Shown here piece by piece: positions 32,984-42,455 of a DNA stretch of 64,000 nucleotides. Position 1 is the stretch's first letter; the number at the start of each line of letters is the position of its first letter. Position numbers and translations under genes: made by a program. The notes beneath the pieces are model-generated. The model searched no databases. It saw only the letters and a list, made by a program, of their open reading frames with translations, and was not told where the DNA came from. The DNA is from Alphaproteobacteria bacterium (GTDB lineage Bacteria > Pseudomonadota > Alphaproteobacteria > UBA8366 > GCA-2717185): assembly GCA_012103325.1 (NCBI GenBank), contig WLWY01000001.1:1153653-1217652 (forward strand), given 5' to 3'.

Positions 32984-33059
32984 TGGGGGCCATGGCAGGA
33001 GTCGAACCCGCGACATCCGGATTCGAAATCCGGTGCTCTTCCAGCTGAGCTACATGGCC
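32984..33059 (-). tRNA. tRNA with anticodon UCG (Arg by the genetic code), CCA encoded
   Basis: Acceptor GGCCATG/CATGGCC, D-arm GCTC-AGCTGGAA-GAGC, anticodon arm CCGGA-TTTCGAA-TCCGG, T-arm GCGGG-TTCGACT-CCTGC, discriminator C, CCA. The UCG anticodon is uncommon in bacteria. Confidence 0.75.
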
Positions 33060-33534
33060 AGGTTCCACCTTGGGAGTCCGCTTCCTCGATACACGCAAGA
33101 CGCATTACGAGCGTCAAGCGCGCCGGCCGGGCATTCGGAACCCGAACCATGGCGAAGCGAACGGTCCGAAAAAGGACCAAACGAACGAAGCCCGGTCACC
33201 CCATAATCGGTGCCGGCGTTTCGGCTATGTGTGTAAATGTTCTTTCATCTGTCTCGCTCCTTTTCCTGCAAATCGGAAGGGCGAGACGCGCGGGTATTCG
33301 AGCGTCAGCCCTTAGTTCGGCCGGGCAAACCTTGCCCGTATTGTTTCGCTATATGACGCATCGTTTCTCTTTTCCGCGTTGATGTTGGCCGCCCGGTTCG
33401 CGAGCGGACGGCGCTTGTAGGACAGGTTGGTGTCGCCGATCAACAGCCAAGTTGTCGGCGCTCGAAGAAAGACCGATTACATCGGATCGTTCTGGGATCG
33501 GGAAATTTTCGATCCGTGACATTGCCGGGAGCGG

Positions 33535-35034
33535 CTATTTCTTGCGCCGCTTGTTGTACTCGATGCCGAGGAAAATCGCCGGAATGATGCCCAGCAGGTA
33601 GGAGAAGAACAGGACCCAGAACCCGTCCTGGAAGCTAAGCGCCGTGGCCTGTGCTTCGATCATCTGGCCGAGGTAGTGCAGCCCGCCAGATGTATGCACG
33701 TTCTCCGGCACCCCCGCCTCGCGGAAAATTTGCGCGACGCCACGCAGCAGGCTCGCGCTGGCCGAACTTTGATCGGATTGCATCGCGGAAAGCTGCTCGC
33801 TGTGAAATTCGATACGCCAATCGACGAAGACGACCCAGATATTGGTGCCGATCGACCCGGCGAGATGGCGGCAGAAGTTTACCGTGCCCCCTCCGGAATT
33901 CAGTTTCTCCGGCGGCAACGTCTTCAGCGCCGTGTTCATGATGAAGGGCTGTACGAACGCCGTCGCCCATCTTCCCACCAATCCGTATGCGACGATCTTG
34001 AGAAACGACGTGTTGGCATCGGCGAAGGCAAAGGGCAGCGCGCCGAACGCCAGAAACGTCAGGCCGAAGATCAGCGCCTTGTGCGGCGCGATCCTGTCGG
34101 ACAGGCGGCCGCTGATCGGCATGATGATGACGGCGACCATCATCGCCGGCATCAAAGCGAGGCCGGCGTCCAGCGGCGTCATGTTCTGCACAAGCTGGGC
34201 CGCGACCGGGATCGCGTAGACGGTCGCGAAATTACCGACTGCGGACAAGGCCGTGACAAGAACCGCCAGGGTGAACATCTTGTTTTTGAACAGGCTGAGG
34301 TCCAACAAGGACGCCGCCTCACGCCGCTGCGACAGCAGAAATCCCACACCGGCCAGCAAAGCGACAACGAACAACCCCACGATATAGTCCGACACCCAGC
34401 CGTCGCGGTGCCCGTTCGAGATCGCCGTGACCAGGCAATACATCGACAGCACGATCAGCGTATAACCGAGCCAATCGAACGCAACCGCCTCTTCGTTGCG
34501 CTCGGCCGGCATGAACATCAGCCCCAACGGCACGCAGACCGCCACCAGCACCAACGGCATGAAGAAGATCGCGCGCCAATCGAACGCTTCGATCGCGATG
34601 CCGCCGAAGACCGGGCCGACCGACGCCGCGAAGACCAGCCCCATCGCGTAGAGGCCCAAGGCCTGCCCGCGCTTACCCTCCGGAAACACCCGGAACAAAG
34701 TCACCATGATCAGGGGCTGGATGATCCCGGCGGCGGCGCCCTGCAAGACGCGGCCGATCACGATCATGTCAAACGTCTCCGCCGCACCGGCAACGACGCT
34801 GCCAATCGTGAAGAGGACCAGCGTCGCGGTGTATCCGTAGCGCTGCCCAAAAACCGAAACGGCCCAGGCGTTCAAGAGCTGGCCGGTCGTCATCGCGATA
34901 TTGAACGCGGTCGCCATCAGTTGCACTTCGCTCTGGCTGACACCGAACGCGCCAATCACATCGGGGACCGCGACATTCACAATCGTGCTCGCGATGACCA
35001 TGGTGAACGCGGCCAACATGCCGGTGGCCGTCAC
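33535..35034 (-). CDS. MFS transporter, DHA2 (EmrB/QacA-like, 14-TMS) family
   Basis: 499 aa; N-terminus MLAAFTMVIASTIVNVAVPDVIGAFGVSQSEVQLMATAF is typical of DHA2 efflux pumps. Confidence 0.8.
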   Translation of the reverse strand: MTATGMLAAFTMVIASTIVNVAVPDVIGAFGVSQSEVQLMATAFNIAMTTGQLLNAWAVSVFGQRYGYTATLVLFTIGSVVAGAAETFDMIVIGRVLQGAAAGIIQPLIMVTLFRVFPEGKRGQALGLYAMGLVFAASVGPVFGGIAIEAFDWRAIFFMPLVLVAVCVPLGLMFMPAERNEEAVAFDWLGYTLIVLSMYCLVTAISNGHRDGWVSDYIVGLFVVALLAGVGFLLSQRREAASLLDLSLFKNKMFTLAVLVTALSAVGNFATVYAIPVAAQLVQNMTPLDAGLALMPAMMVAVIIMPISGRLSDRIAPHKALIFGLTFLAFGALPFAFADANTSFLKIVAYGLVGRWATAFVQPFIMNTALKTLPPEKLNSGGGTVNFCRHLAGSIGTNIWVVFVDWRIEFHSEQLSAMQSDQSSASASLLRGVAQIFREAGVPENVHTSGGLHYLGQMIEAQATALSFQDGFWVLFFSYLLGIIPAIFLGIEYNKRRKK

Positions 35035-35259
35035 ATAGGTGCGGTACCGTGGGCCATAGATTTTAAAGAGCTCGTCGATAGTCGCCGTCCACCCTTCGGA
35101 TCAGACCTGCTCAACCTTAGTATGGCGATATTAGTCCGGACATTGAAAGCACGACTCTGTTAGGCCCGAAACGGATTCGTCGTTGAACCGGGACCTGCTC
35201 TCGGTTAGTGCTCTAAGTCGCAGCTTCAACCGCGCGACGGAACCGATCGAGAGACAGCC

Positions 35260-36222
35260 ATGAATCTGAATGACATCACCATCCACTTCGCCCATCCCGC
35301 CTATCAACTCGCCGCGGCGCTCGACCGCCGCAACACCGGGATCAAGAGCTTTCAAACCTGGACACGCGAGGAAATGCGCGACCGGGTCGGCGACGGCGAT
35401 GTCATGGTGCTGTCCGGCTATTGGGACAACGCGCTGCTGCCCAACGCTGACAAGCTAAAATTCATCCAGGTCTGCGGCGCGGGCTACGACGCCTTCGATG
35501 TCGATGCGATCCGCGCGAAGGGTGTCCGTCTGGCCAATGCCAGCGGCTGCAATGTCAACGCGGTCAGCGACCACGCCATGGCGCTACTGCTCGCCCTCAC
35601 CCGCCAAATTCATACCGGCCGGGACAATCAGCACAAGGCGCATTGGCGCGGCATGATCTCCGACCTGACGAAGCGCGAAGATGAGCTGCCCGGCAAGACA
35701 ATGCTGATTTTCGGGCTCGGCAAGATCGGCGGCCGCCTCGCAAAGCTGGCGAAGGCGTTCGATATGACCGTGATCGGACTCAAACGGGATACGTCGTCGC
35801 CGGTCGAGCATGTCGACGAACTGCACCCTTCTGCCGCCTTCATGGAACATCTGCCCCGCGCGGACGTCGCCGTCCTGACCTGCCCGCTAACAGAAGAAAC
35901 CCGCAATATCGTCGACGGCACAGCGCTCGCCGCGATGAAGCCCTCGTCCTACCTGGTCAATGTCGCCCGCGGCGGCTGCGTTGACGAGCCGGCCCTTATC
36001 GAAGCGCTGCAAGGGAACGCCATCTCTGGCGCCGGCATCGACGTCACGGTGGAGGAACCGCTCGCCGAAACCTCGCCGCTCTGGTCGATGGAAAACGTCG
36101 TCCTAACCCCGCACACCGGCGGAGAGACCCGGATGTACGAAGAAAACGTCATCGATTACCTGCTCGAAAACCTCAACCGCCTGTCCCGCGGTGAGGCCGA
36201 ACTCTTCAATCAGGTGATCTAG
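35260..36222 (+). CDS. D-isomer-specific 2-hydroxyacid dehydrogenase family protein
   Basis: 320 aa. NAD-binding region GLGKIGGRLAKLA and a catalytic RGG...E...H pattern (VARGGCVDE...PHTGGET). Confidence 0.8.
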   Translation: MNLNDITIHFAHPAYQLAAALDRRNTGIKSFQTWTREEMRDRVGDGDVMVLSGYWDNALLPNADKLKFIQVCGAGYDAFDVDAIRAKGVRLANASGCNVNAVSDHAMALLLALTRQIHTGRDNQHKAHWRGMISDLTKREDELPGKTMLIFGLGKIGGRLAKLAKAFDMTVIGLKRDTSSPVEHVDELHPSAAFMEHLPRADVAVLTCPLTEETRNIVDGTALAAMKPSSYLVNVARGGCVDEPALIEALQGNAISGAGIDVTVEEPLAETSPLWSMENVVLTPHTGGETRMYEENVIDYLLENLNRLSRGEAELFNQVI

Positions 36223-36225
36223 CGC

Positions 36226-36807
36226 TTACGCCCCCAGGAACGCATCGCGGAATCGCACCCGGCATTCTGCGGGGTCGAAGTTACGCTTGTAGACGGACGG
36301 CGCAGTCGGAAGCACGCGGGCCAACAGAAAGCGGGGGCCAGACGCTGTTTTCAGAAACGCAGCGCCGTCCTTCATCTGGTCCGGGTTGGAAATCGTCATC
36401 GTCGACGGCAGACCGGAGCCCTTCGCGATGGCTTCGAGATCCGTGGCGCGGGACGTATGACCGGTTTGCCCCCCGGTTTCGCCATGCTGCAGATTGTCGA
36501 TACAGACGATGCTGAGATTGGCGGGCGCCATCGACGCAACCGTGATCAGCGACCCGATACCCATCAGCAACTCACCATCGCCGGTCACGACCACCACGTC
36601 GCGGTCCGGCGCGTTCAACGCCACGCCGAGCCCCATGGGCACGGCTGCGCCCATCGTGCCCGCCATCGTAAACAGGTTCGCACCGTCATCGGTAAACGCA
36701 GCCGTATCCTTTGCCGCGCCGGCCAGGCCGCTGATAAAGAGCGCCTCGTCCGGACTGTCGAAAAGGGCCGGCAGCAGCTCGCGGCGTTCGATTGTCGGTT
36801 CTGTCAT
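36226..36807 (-). CDS. comE: Sulfopyruvate/phosphonopyruvate decarboxylase beta subunit (TPP-binding C-terminal half, ComE-like)
   Basis: 193 aa. TPP-binding GDG...N motif (VVVVTGDGELLMGIGSLITVASMAPANLSIVCIDN). Confidence 0.7.
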   Translation of the reverse strand: MTEPTIERRELLPALFDSPDEALFISGLAGAAKDTAAFTDDGANLFTMAGTMGAAVPMGLGVALNAPDRDVVVVTGDGELLMGIGSLITVASMAPANLSIVCIDNLQHGETGGQTGHTSRATDLEAIAKGSGLPSTMTISNPDQMKDGAAFLKTASGPRFLLARVLPTAPSVYKRNFDPAECRVRFRDAFLGA

Positions 36808-36821
36808 GTTATTCCCTCCGC

Positions 36822-37346
36822 CTAAAACGCTTTCGCGCCCAAAAATTTCTGCGACAGGACCAACGCTGCCGACTGGCTGCCCTTCATTGCGGCTGAAATC
36901 GCCGCCGCCGCCGTCTTTTCCAGGTCTTCCGGCTCGTCCACCTTGAAGGTTAGCACGCCCATGGTTTCGAAGATCGGTTCGACGGCCTGGCCCATCGGAT
37001 ACTGCCAGGGGTTCTGCTCGCCGAAGTCACCCCGCATCGAGACGACCATTAGCAGCGGGAAGCGTCCGCCATTAACTAGCGACAGATAATTGACGCAATT
37101 GCCGACGCCGCTCGACTGCATGCACAGCACCGCGCGCTTGCCGACCAGATCGGCGCCGGCGCAAACCGCGATACCTTCTTCTTCGGTGGTCAGCAGAACG
37201 GAACGGGTCTCGTTGCTGGCATCGACATGTTCGATAAGGCGCTTGTTGCCGGCATCCGGCACATAGGCGAACAGATCCACGCCCGCGTCCAGCATCTGGC
37301 GAAAGAGCGTCGCGGACCAATCGTCGTCCACGGATTGTTGAGTCAT
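36822..37346 (-). CDS. comD: Sulfopyruvate/phosphonopyruvate decarboxylase alpha subunit (ComD-like)
   Basis: Matches the N-terminal pyrimidine-binding half of a TPP enzyme (FAYVPDAGNKRLIEHV...CMQSSGVGNCVNYL). The start is placed at MTQQSVDDDW with a GAGGGA Shine-Dalgarno; it lies immediately upstream of comE. Confidence 0.7.
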   Translation of the reverse strand: MTQQSVDDDWSATLFRQMLDAGVDLFAYVPDAGNKRLIEHVDASNETRSVLLTTEEEGIAVCAGADLVGKRAVLCMQSSGVGNCVNYLSLVNGGRFPLLMVVSMRGDFGEQNPWQYPMGQAVEPIFETMGVLTFKVDEPEDLEKTAAAAISAAMKGSQSAALVLSQKFLGAKAF

Positions 37347-37492
37347 TGGGTTATCCCTCAGGAAATAGGAAGGCCGCGTTATATCAGACGAAGCGGCGCG
37401 ACGAAACCGCGACCGGGTCGATTGCTTTGACGTCACTGGACCGCGCTTATAAGCTTATCGCTTCCTGTCCTTTTCCCGCCACCGGTGAATCC

Positions 37493-39136
37493 ATGACCGA
37501 CGCGTTCGATCCCGTAACCCTGGAGATATACTGGAGCCGCCTGATCTCCATCGCGGACGAGTCCGCGGCGGCGCTCCTGCGCACGTCCTTTTCGACCATC
37601 GTCCGCGAGTCGAACGATTTCGGTACCGTCCTGATGGACGCCAACGGCGACTCGCTTTCGGAGAATACGGGCGGCATTCCGTCCTTCTCGGGCATCCTGC
37701 CGCGCACGCTGAAACACTTCCTGGCACGCTTTCCCAAGGAAACCTGGAAGCCCGGCGACTGCGTCATCACCAATGACCCGTGGCTGGCGACGGGGCACCT
37801 GCCCGACATCACTATGGCAATGCCGATCTTTCATAACGGCACATTGGTCGGGTTTTCGGGATCGATCGCCCATTCGCCGGATATCGGCGGATCGCTGTGG
37901 TCCGCGGACTGCCGCGAGCTGTTCGAAGAAGGGCTGCGCATCCCGCCGACGAAATTCCTGATCGAAGGCGAACCGAACGAGTTGCTGCAGGAAATCATCC
38001 TCAGCAACGTGCGGCTTCCGGATCAGGTCTTGGGCGACCTCAACGCGCAGGTCACGGCGAACCAAGTCTGCGGCCGGCGGCTGCACGAATTTTTGGACGA
38101 TTCCGATCTGGCAGATTTGTCGAGCCTGTCGAGCACCCTGCAACAGCGTGCGGAGAGCGCGATGCGCCGCGCCATCGAGGAGGTACCGGACGGCGTCTAC
38201 CACGCGACACTCGATGCCGACGGCTTCGACGAGGACGAAACCCATATCGAATGCACGATCACGGTCAAGGGCTCGGACCTGAACATCGACTATGCCGGCA
38301 CGTCGCCGCAGATCAATCGCGGCCTCAACACCGTGATGAACTACACCTATGCCTACTCCGCCTACCCGATCAAATGCGCGCTCGACCCGAGCACGCCGCG
38401 CAACGAAGGATCCTACCGTCCCGTCACCGTGGACGCGCCCGAAGGCTGCATCCTCAACCCGCGCTACCCGGCGCCCTGTAACGCGCGCCAGCTGACCGGA
38501 CACCTGCTTGCCGGCGTCATCTACCGCGCGCTGGCGGAAGCGATTCCGGACCGCATACTGGCCGACAGCGGCAGCGCGCCCTCGATGCGCGCCGTCTTCA
38601 ACGGGCTCGACCCGCATGGCAACCGCTTCTCGCAGATTCTGTTCGCCAGCGGCGGCATGGGCGCCAGCGCGCATAAGGACGGGCTGCCAACGACGGCGTT
38701 CCCGACCAATTCCGGCGCCGGCAGCATCGAAGCGTTCGAGAGCGTGTCGCCGCTGATCGTCTGGAAGAAGGAGTTCCGCGTCGATTCCGGCGGCGCCGGT
38801 CAGTTCCGCGGCGGCTTGGGGCAGGAATGCGAGATCGAGGTCCGTTCCGCCGAACCCTTGCAGCTGTCGCTGCTGTCGGACCGCTGGCGGCACCCCGCGA
38901 CGGGTGTGCTGGGCGGCGAACACGGGGCGACCAGCAGGATCAGTTTCAGCGACGGCACCATACCGCACCAGAAATCGCGCACGACCATCGGGCCCGGCAT
39001 GCGGCTGCACATGGAATATGCCGGTGGCGGCGGGTATGGCGACCCGAAAACCCGCGATCCTGAGCTGGTCCTCGACGACATCAAGAACGGCTATATCACC
39101 GCGGACGCCGCAAAACGCGACTACGACGTCTCCTAA
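37493..39136 (+). CDS. hyuB: Hydantoinase B / oxoprolinase family protein
   Basis: Starts MTDAFDPVTLEIYWSRLISIADESAAALLRTSFSTIVRESNDFGTVLMDANGD. About 548 aa. Confidence 0.85.
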   Translation: MTDAFDPVTLEIYWSRLISIADESAAALLRTSFSTIVRESNDFGTVLMDANGDSLSENTGGIPSFSGILPRTLKHFLARFPKETWKPGDCVITNDPWLATGHLPDITMAMPIFHNGTLVGFSGSIAHSPDIGGSLWSADCRELFEEGLRIPPTKFLIEGEPNELLQEIILSNVRLPDQVLGDLNAQVTANQVCGRRLHEFLDDSDLADLSSLSSTLQQRAESAMRRAIEEVPDGVYHATLDADGFDEDETHIECTITVKGSDLNIDYAGTSPQINRGLNTVMNYTYAYSAYPIKCALDPSTPRNEGSYRPVTVDAPEGCILNPRYPAPCNARQLTGHLLAGVIYRALAEAIPDRILADSGSAPSMRAVFNGLDPHGNRFSQILFASGGMGASAHKDGLPTTAFPTNSGAGSIEAFESVSPLIVWKKEFRVDSGGAGQFRGGLGQECEIEVRSAEPLQLSLLSDRWRHPATGVLGGEHGATSRISFSDGTIPHQKSRTTIGPGMRLHMEYAGGGGYGDPKTRDPELVLDDIKNGYITADAAKRDYDVS

Positions 39137-39154
39137 AGACAGGTGGATGAAAGA

Positions 39155-41239
39155 ATGAACAAACGTATCCGCATCGGGGTCGATGTCGGCGGGACCTTCA
39201 CGGATTTCGTGCTGGTCGATGAAGAACGGGACCTGATCTATACGGGCAAGCGTTTGACGACACCGGACGACCCGAGCGCCGCAATCCTCGACGGCACGGC
39301 ACGGCTGCTTACCGAAGCGGGCACGGAACCGGCGCAAGTCCACAGCATCGTCCACGGCACGACCCTGGTCACCAACACGATCATCGAACGCAACGGCGCG
39401 AAGATCGGGCTGATCACCACCAAGGGCGTGCGCGACACCTTGGAGATGGGCAAAGAGATCCGCTACGACCTCTACGATCTGTTCCTCGAAGCGCCGCCCA
39501 CCCTCGTCCCGCGCCACCTGCGCCGGGAAGTCGCGGAGCGTGTCGCGCCGGACGGTGAGATCCTGCTCGATTTCGATGCGGATGCGTTCCGCGCCACAGC
39601 CCTCGACCTCATCGAAACCGAGAAGGTGGAAGCGATTGCCGTCTGCTTCATGCACGCCTACCGCAACCCGGATCATGAGCGCCAAGCCAAGGCGATTCTG
39701 ATGGAGGAGTTCGACGCGACGCCGTTCACCATCTCCTCCGATGTCGCACCGGAAATCCGCGAGTTCGAACGCACCAGCACCGCCTGCGCCAACGCCTATG
39801 TGCAACCGCGCATGCAGAGCTATCTGCAGCGGCTCGAAACCGAACTGCAGGCGCAAGGCCATTCGGGCGCGCTGTACGTCATGTTGTCCGGCGGCGGCAT
39901 CACCACTGTCCAGTCGGCCCGCGAATTTCCCATCCGTCTCATCGAGTCGGGTCCAGCGGCAGGTGCCATGGCCGCGTCGTACTACAGCACCCTGACCGAC
40001 ACCGAGAACCTGATCTCCTTCGACATGGGCGGCACCACGGCGAAGATGTGCCTGATCGATGGCGGCCAGCCCGACCGCAAGCATGATTTCGAAGCCGGCC
40101 GGGTGCGCCGCTTCCAGAAGGGCTCCGGCCTGCCGCTCAAAGTCTCCGTCGTCGACATGATCGAGATCGGCGCCGGCGGCGGCAGCCTTGCCAATGTCGA
40201 CAATATGGGTCTGCTGAAGGTCGGGCCGCGCAGCGCCGGCTCCGCGCCGGGGCCGGTCTGCTACGGGCTCGGCGGCACCGACCCGGCCGTGACCGACGCC
40301 GACCTCTATCTCGGCTACCTCAACCCCGACTACTTCCTCGGTGGGGAGATGAGGCTCGACATGGCGACGGTGGAACAGGCGATCGAGGAGAAGATCGCCA
40401 AACCGCTCGGCCTCTCGACCCTGGACGCCGCCATCGGCATCCACAACATCGTCAACGAGAACATGGCCGCCGCGACGCGCATGCATCTGGCCGAGAAGGG
40501 CCGCGACCCACGGCGCTATCAGATGATCGCCTTCGGCGGTGCCGGGCCGGTGCATGCTTACGGCCTCGCGCAAATCCTGAAGCTCAAGCGGCTGATCGTG
40601 CCGCTCGGTGCCGGCGTGACCTCGGCGCTGGGATTCCTCGTTGCGGCACCGGCCATCGATTATGTACGCAGCTACGTCTCGCGGCTGGAGCAGCTCGACT
40701 GGGGGCATCTCAACACGCTGTTCAAGGAGATGGAGGAAGAGGCCAAGGGACTGCTCGTCGATGCCGGCGCCCAGCCCGAGGAAATTACCCTGACGCGGAC
40801 GGCGGACATGCGGCATATCGGGCAGGGATTCGAGATTGCGGTGCCGGTTCCGGAGGGCGAATTAACACCCGGTCTTCTACCGGGTATTCGGGAGGCGTTT
40901 TTCCAGTCCTATCACCGGCTGTTCGAGCGTACGGTTCGGGATGTTTCCATTGAATCAATGAGTTGGCGTCTTGCCGCGAGTGCACCAGTGCCCAACATCA
41001 AACTTGCGTTCGGCGGACAGTCGTCGGAAACGGGGGAAGCGCTGAAAGGCACCCGCCAGGTCTACTTCCCAGAGACTGGATTCGCCGCCTGCGACGTCTA
41101 CGACCGCTACGCGCTGCACCCGGGCGACAGCTTCACCGGCCCGGCGGTCGTCGAGGAGCGCGAATCGACCACGGTGATCGGCCCCGGCGGTTCGGTCACC
41201 GTCGACCCATACCGCAATTTGATCTGTGCACTGCCCTAA
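39155..41239 (+). CDS. hyuA: Hydantoinase A / oxoprolinase family protein
   Basis: MNKRIRIGVDVGGTFTDFVLVDEE with an ASKHA-fold body. An alternative start lies at 39143. Confidence 0.85.
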   Translation: MNKRIRIGVDVGGTFTDFVLVDEERDLIYTGKRLTTPDDPSAAILDGTARLLTEAGTEPAQVHSIVHGTTLVTNTIIERNGAKIGLITTKGVRDTLEMGKEIRYDLYDLFLEAPPTLVPRHLRREVAERVAPDGEILLDFDADAFRATALDLIETEKVEAIAVCFMHAYRNPDHERQAKAILMEEFDATPFTISSDVAPEIREFERTSTACANAYVQPRMQSYLQRLETELQAQGHSGALYVMLSGGGITTVQSAREFPIRLIESGPAAGAMAASYYSTLTDTENLISFDMGGTTAKMCLIDGGQPDRKHDFEAGRVRRFQKGSGLPLKVSVVDMIEIGAGGGSLANVDNMGLLKVGPRSAGSAPGPVCYGLGGTDPAVTDADLYLGYLNPDYFLGGEMRLDMATVEQAIEEKIAKPLGLSTLDAAIGIHNIVNENMAAATRMHLAEKGRDPRRYQMIAFGGAGPVHAYGLAQILKLKRLIVPLGAGVTSALGFLVAAPAIDYVRSYVSRLEQLDWGHLNTLFKEMEEEAKGLLVDAGAQPEEITLTRTADMRHIGQGFEIAVPVPEGELTPGLLPGIREAFFQSYHRLFERTVRDVSIESMSWRLAASAPVPNIKLAFGGQSSETGEALKGTRQVYFPETGFAACDVYDRYALHPGDSFTGPAVVEERESTTVIGPGGSVTVDPYRNLICALP

Positions 41240-42033
41240 TCGCTGTTGCGTAAGTAAACGACCCAGTAAACCAGCGCCACTAGCACGCTGCCGCCGACGA
41301 TATTGCCGAGCGTCACCGGCACGAGGTTGGCAAGGAAGGACGTCATCGTCACCCCCTCCGCCCCGGCGAACCAACCGACCGGGATCAGATACATGTTCGC
41401 CACCGAATGCTCGAAGCCGAGGGCGACGAAGGCGGTGATCGGGAACAGGATGGCGAGGATCTTGCCGCTGACCGAATGCGCCGCCATGCACAGCCACACC
41501 GCGAGGCAGACCAGCGTGTTGCACAGCATGCCGCGCACGAACGCCTCGGCGAAGGGCAAGGCCACCTTGGCGCTCGCAATATTGCGCGCCGTTGTTGCGA
41601 CCGCGCCGTCGCCCAACTCCAGGGTGCCCGACCATGATACGAACACCGCCGTCGCCACCGCCCCGATGAAATTCCCGACATAGACCAGCAGCCAGTTGCG
41701 CAACAACCGCGCGGTCGTGATGTGACGGCTCGCCCAGGCCATGACGATCAGGTTGTTGCCGGTGAACAGCTCCGCCCCTGCAACGACAACCAACACCAGG
41801 CCGAGCGAAAACGCCGCCCCGCCGAGCAGACGCGCCGGCCCGAACCCCAGCCCGGACTCTGTGATCGCGACGGTGAAGAACATGCCGCCGAACGCGATGA
41901 ACGCCCCCGCCAGCACGCCCAGCACCAGCGTCTTCTGCACGGAAAGCGCGGCCTTGGTGACGCCGGCCTTCTCCACCCGCGCCGCGACTTCAGCGGGAGC
42001 ATAGGCATCGATTTGGTTGGGAGACAATTGCAT
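41236..42033 (-). CDS. Formate/nitrite transporter (FNT) family channel
   Basis: 265 aa, similar to FocA/NirC throughout (…LGVLAGAFIAFGGMFFTVA…FTGNNL…). Convergent with, and overlapping, the end of hyuA. Confidence 0.8.
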   Translation of the reverse strand: MQLSPNQIDAYAPAEVAARVEKAGVTKAALSVQKTLVLGVLAGAFIAFGGMFFTVAITESGLGFGPARLLGGAAFSLGLVLVVVAGAELFTGNNLIVMAWASRHITTARLLRNWLLVYVGNFIGAVATAVFVSWSGTLELGDGAVATTARNIASAKVALPFAEAFVRGMLCNTLVCLAVWLCMAAHSVSGKILAILFPITAFVALGFEHSVANMYLIPVGWFAGAEGVTMTSFLANLVPVTLGNIVGGSVLVALVYWVVYLRNSD

Positions 42034-42085
42034 ATAAGGCTTCGAGGCTTCCTTTATTTAATCAGGGTCGCTGCGTGGCGCGTTT

Positions 42086-42291
42086 CCTCTCCCTGTGGGG
42101 AGATTTCTGCGAAATTGCGAATGGAGCCGTTTCACCCCCCATCCTAACCTTCCCCCACAAGGGGGGAAGGGATAATTTAGATAGATCAATAGGTTATTCT
42201 CCTCCCCCTTGAGGGGGGAGGATTAAGGTGGGGGTGAAACGGCTCCATTCGCAATTTCGCAGAAATCTCCCCTCAGGAGAGGGTATATCGA
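42086..42291. repeat. ~200-bp GC-rich nested palindromic intergenic element, copy 1
   Basis: 53-bp arms (CCTCTCCCTGTGGGGAGATTTCTGCGAAATTGCGAATGGAGCCGTTTCACCCCC and its reverse complement) flank two inner hairpins, CTTCCCCC-ACAA-GGGGGGAAG and TCCTCCCCC-TTGA-GGGGGGAGGA. A related copy lies at 45252-45570. Confidence 0.75.
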
Positions 42292-42455
42292 CAACGCAAT
42301 CTGCGTCGCTTCGAAAATTCTACATGCGATCGCCCTGGCGTGAACAGGGGTGTCGATTCCTGCATGGCGACGCCGCACTCTCCAAGTGTCCGAATGGCTA
42401 TCGACAGCCTGCGCGCGATACTATGCTATCGCGCGAAAGAGCGAGAGGAGAATCC

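Noticed and set aside
33676-35163. 495-aa plus-strand ORF
   Set aside because: It is antisense to the DHA2 MFS transporter gene.
37433-40816. 1127-aa ORF on the minus strand
   Set aside because: It is antisense to the well-supported hyuB and hyuA genes. It is a stop-poor reverse frame typical of 65%-GC DNA, with no motifs and no Shine-Dalgarno.
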